Shown here: one piece after another, positions 63,091-64,000 of the stretch
Layout: every line of letters starts with the position of its first letter
How positions within the stretch are numbered: the stretch's first letter is position 1
NCBI GenBank assembly: GCA_003141525.1
Contig: PLML01000004.1
Location: 787 to 64,786, forward strand
Direction of reading: 5' to 3'
Source: Bacteroidales bacterium
GTDB taxonomy: Bacteria > Bacteroidota > Bacteroidia > Bacteroidales > VadinHA17
Length of the DNA: 64,000 nt
Notes under the pieces: model-generated
Seen by the model: the letters and a program-made list of their open reading frames with translations, nothing else
Told to the model about the DNA's origin: nothing
The model's database searches: none
Made by a program: the position numbers and the translations under genes

Positions 63091-64000
63091 ATGAGGATTT
63101 TTATAGATATCGGACATCCGGCTCACGTGCATTATTTTAAAAATTTCTTGAGAATAATGGAATCTAAAGGTCATACCTTTTTCGTTTCTGCCCGCGAAAG
63201 ATCAATAATATTTGATTTGCTCAACAAGTATAAAATTTCTTATTTCAGCAGAGGAAAAGGCAGTGATGGCATTATCGGGAAATTATTTTACATGTTTGCT
63301 GCAGATTTCAAATTATTTTCCAAAGCTCTTAAGTTCAACCCCAATATCTTCATCAGCTTCGCATCTCCTTATGCGGCTCAAACCTCATGGTTATTAAGAA
63401 CCCCTCATATTGTTCTTGATGATACAGAGCATGCCCGGTTCGGGCACTTTTTTTATAAGCCATTCTCAAAAGTTTTTTTAAATCCTTCTTGTTTTCAAAA
63501 AGATTTTGGCAAAAAACAGATTCGATTCAACAGCTATTCAGAACTCTTTTACCTTCATCCAAATTACATTGTCAGCTATCCTGATATTTTAACCCTTTTA
63601 GGGATATCTGAAAATGAAAAGTTTGCATTGCTACGTTTTGTATCGTGGAAGGCCAGCCATGATGTCGGCCACTCAGGATTAGATTTAGCGACAAAAAAAC
63701 AATTGGTAAACATGTTAGTTGAAAAAGATTACAAAGTATTTATCTCAACAGAAGCAGAAAATAAAGATCCGTTTTTTGATAAATATATGATTAATATTTC
63801 TCCGGAACTGATTCATTACGTAATGGCGCATGCTCACCTGCTGGTTACCGAAGGAGCGACAATGGCTTCAGAATGCGCCATGCTGGGGACTCCTGCCATT
63901 TATGTAAATTCATTGGATACAGGAACGCTTCGCGAACAGGAAGATAAATATCAACTTCTTCATGGCTTTCGTTCTTCAAAGGGAGTAATAGAGAAAGTTG
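63091..64000 (+). CDS. DUF354-family protein (partial, runs off the window)
   Basis: This is not in the ORF track because there is no stop before the window end. I checked frame 1 codon by codon from ATG 63091 to 64000 and found no stop. MRIFIDIGHPAHVHYFKNFLRIMESKGHTFFVSARE matches the DUF354 N-terminus. Confidence 0.75.
   Translation, partial: MRIFIDIGHPAHVHYFKNFLRIMESKGHTFFVSARERSIIFDLLNKYKISYFSRGKGSDGIIGKLFYMFAADFKLFSKALKFNPNIFISFASPYAAQTSWLLRTPHIVLDDTEHARFGHFFYKPFSKVFLNPSCFQKDFGKKQIRFNSYSELFYLHPNYIVSYPDILTLLGISENEKFALLRFVSWKASHDVGHSGLDLATKKQLVNMLVEKDYKVFISTEAENKDPFFDKYMINISPELIHYVMAHAHLLVTEGATMASECAMLGTPAIYVNSLDTGTLREQEDKYQLLHGFRSSKGVIEKV

Overview
This is an AT-rich, Bacteroidota-like window. 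Three intergenic regions match the TTTG-N19-20-TAnnTTTG promoter type, and there is a lipoprotein Wza. Every credible gene lies on the + strand. All minus-strand ORFs in the track sit inside + strand genes and look spurious.

The backbone is one very large surface-polysaccharide (O-antigen or capsule) locus:
- A wHTH regulator.
- Export genes: Wza, a Wzc-type tyrosine kinase, and a Wzm/Wzt ABC exporter.
- A GDP-sugar module (aminotransferase, Fcl-like enzyme, Gmd) next to FkbH-like and ACP genes.
- About 17 glycosyltransferases (GT2, GT4, GT61, GT8-like, GT-C) and several methyltransferases.
- A FabH/ACP/FabG/NeuD-type N-acylation module.
- A Wzy-like membrane protein, a deacetylase, AsnB, and a HisH/HisF/PP-loop amidotransferase triad.
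- A partial DUF354 gene at the 3' edge.

The unusual part is confined to the spacers between the conserved export genes (0.8-14 kb) and between asnB, hisH and hisF (59.5-61.2 kb):
- **Four-helix-bundle cassettes.** There are seven four-helix-bundle genes of the 23S-rRNA-IVS-protein family plus one fragment. Each is clamped between its own pair of low-complexity inverted arms. Some are nested inside larger inverted arms, together with toxin-antitoxin modules.
- **GIY-YIG micro-elements.** Two of the genes are split, at the same conserved motif, by ~290-bp elements that encode only a small GIY-YIG nuclease and carry CCCTGTSAAAT inverted termini.
- **Deletion derivatives.** A 124-bp derivative occupies the identical site in a third paralog, and a 49-bp derivative sits in a decayed hicA.

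I recognised no transposase, integrase, reverse transcriptase, rRNA, tRNA or CRISPR array.
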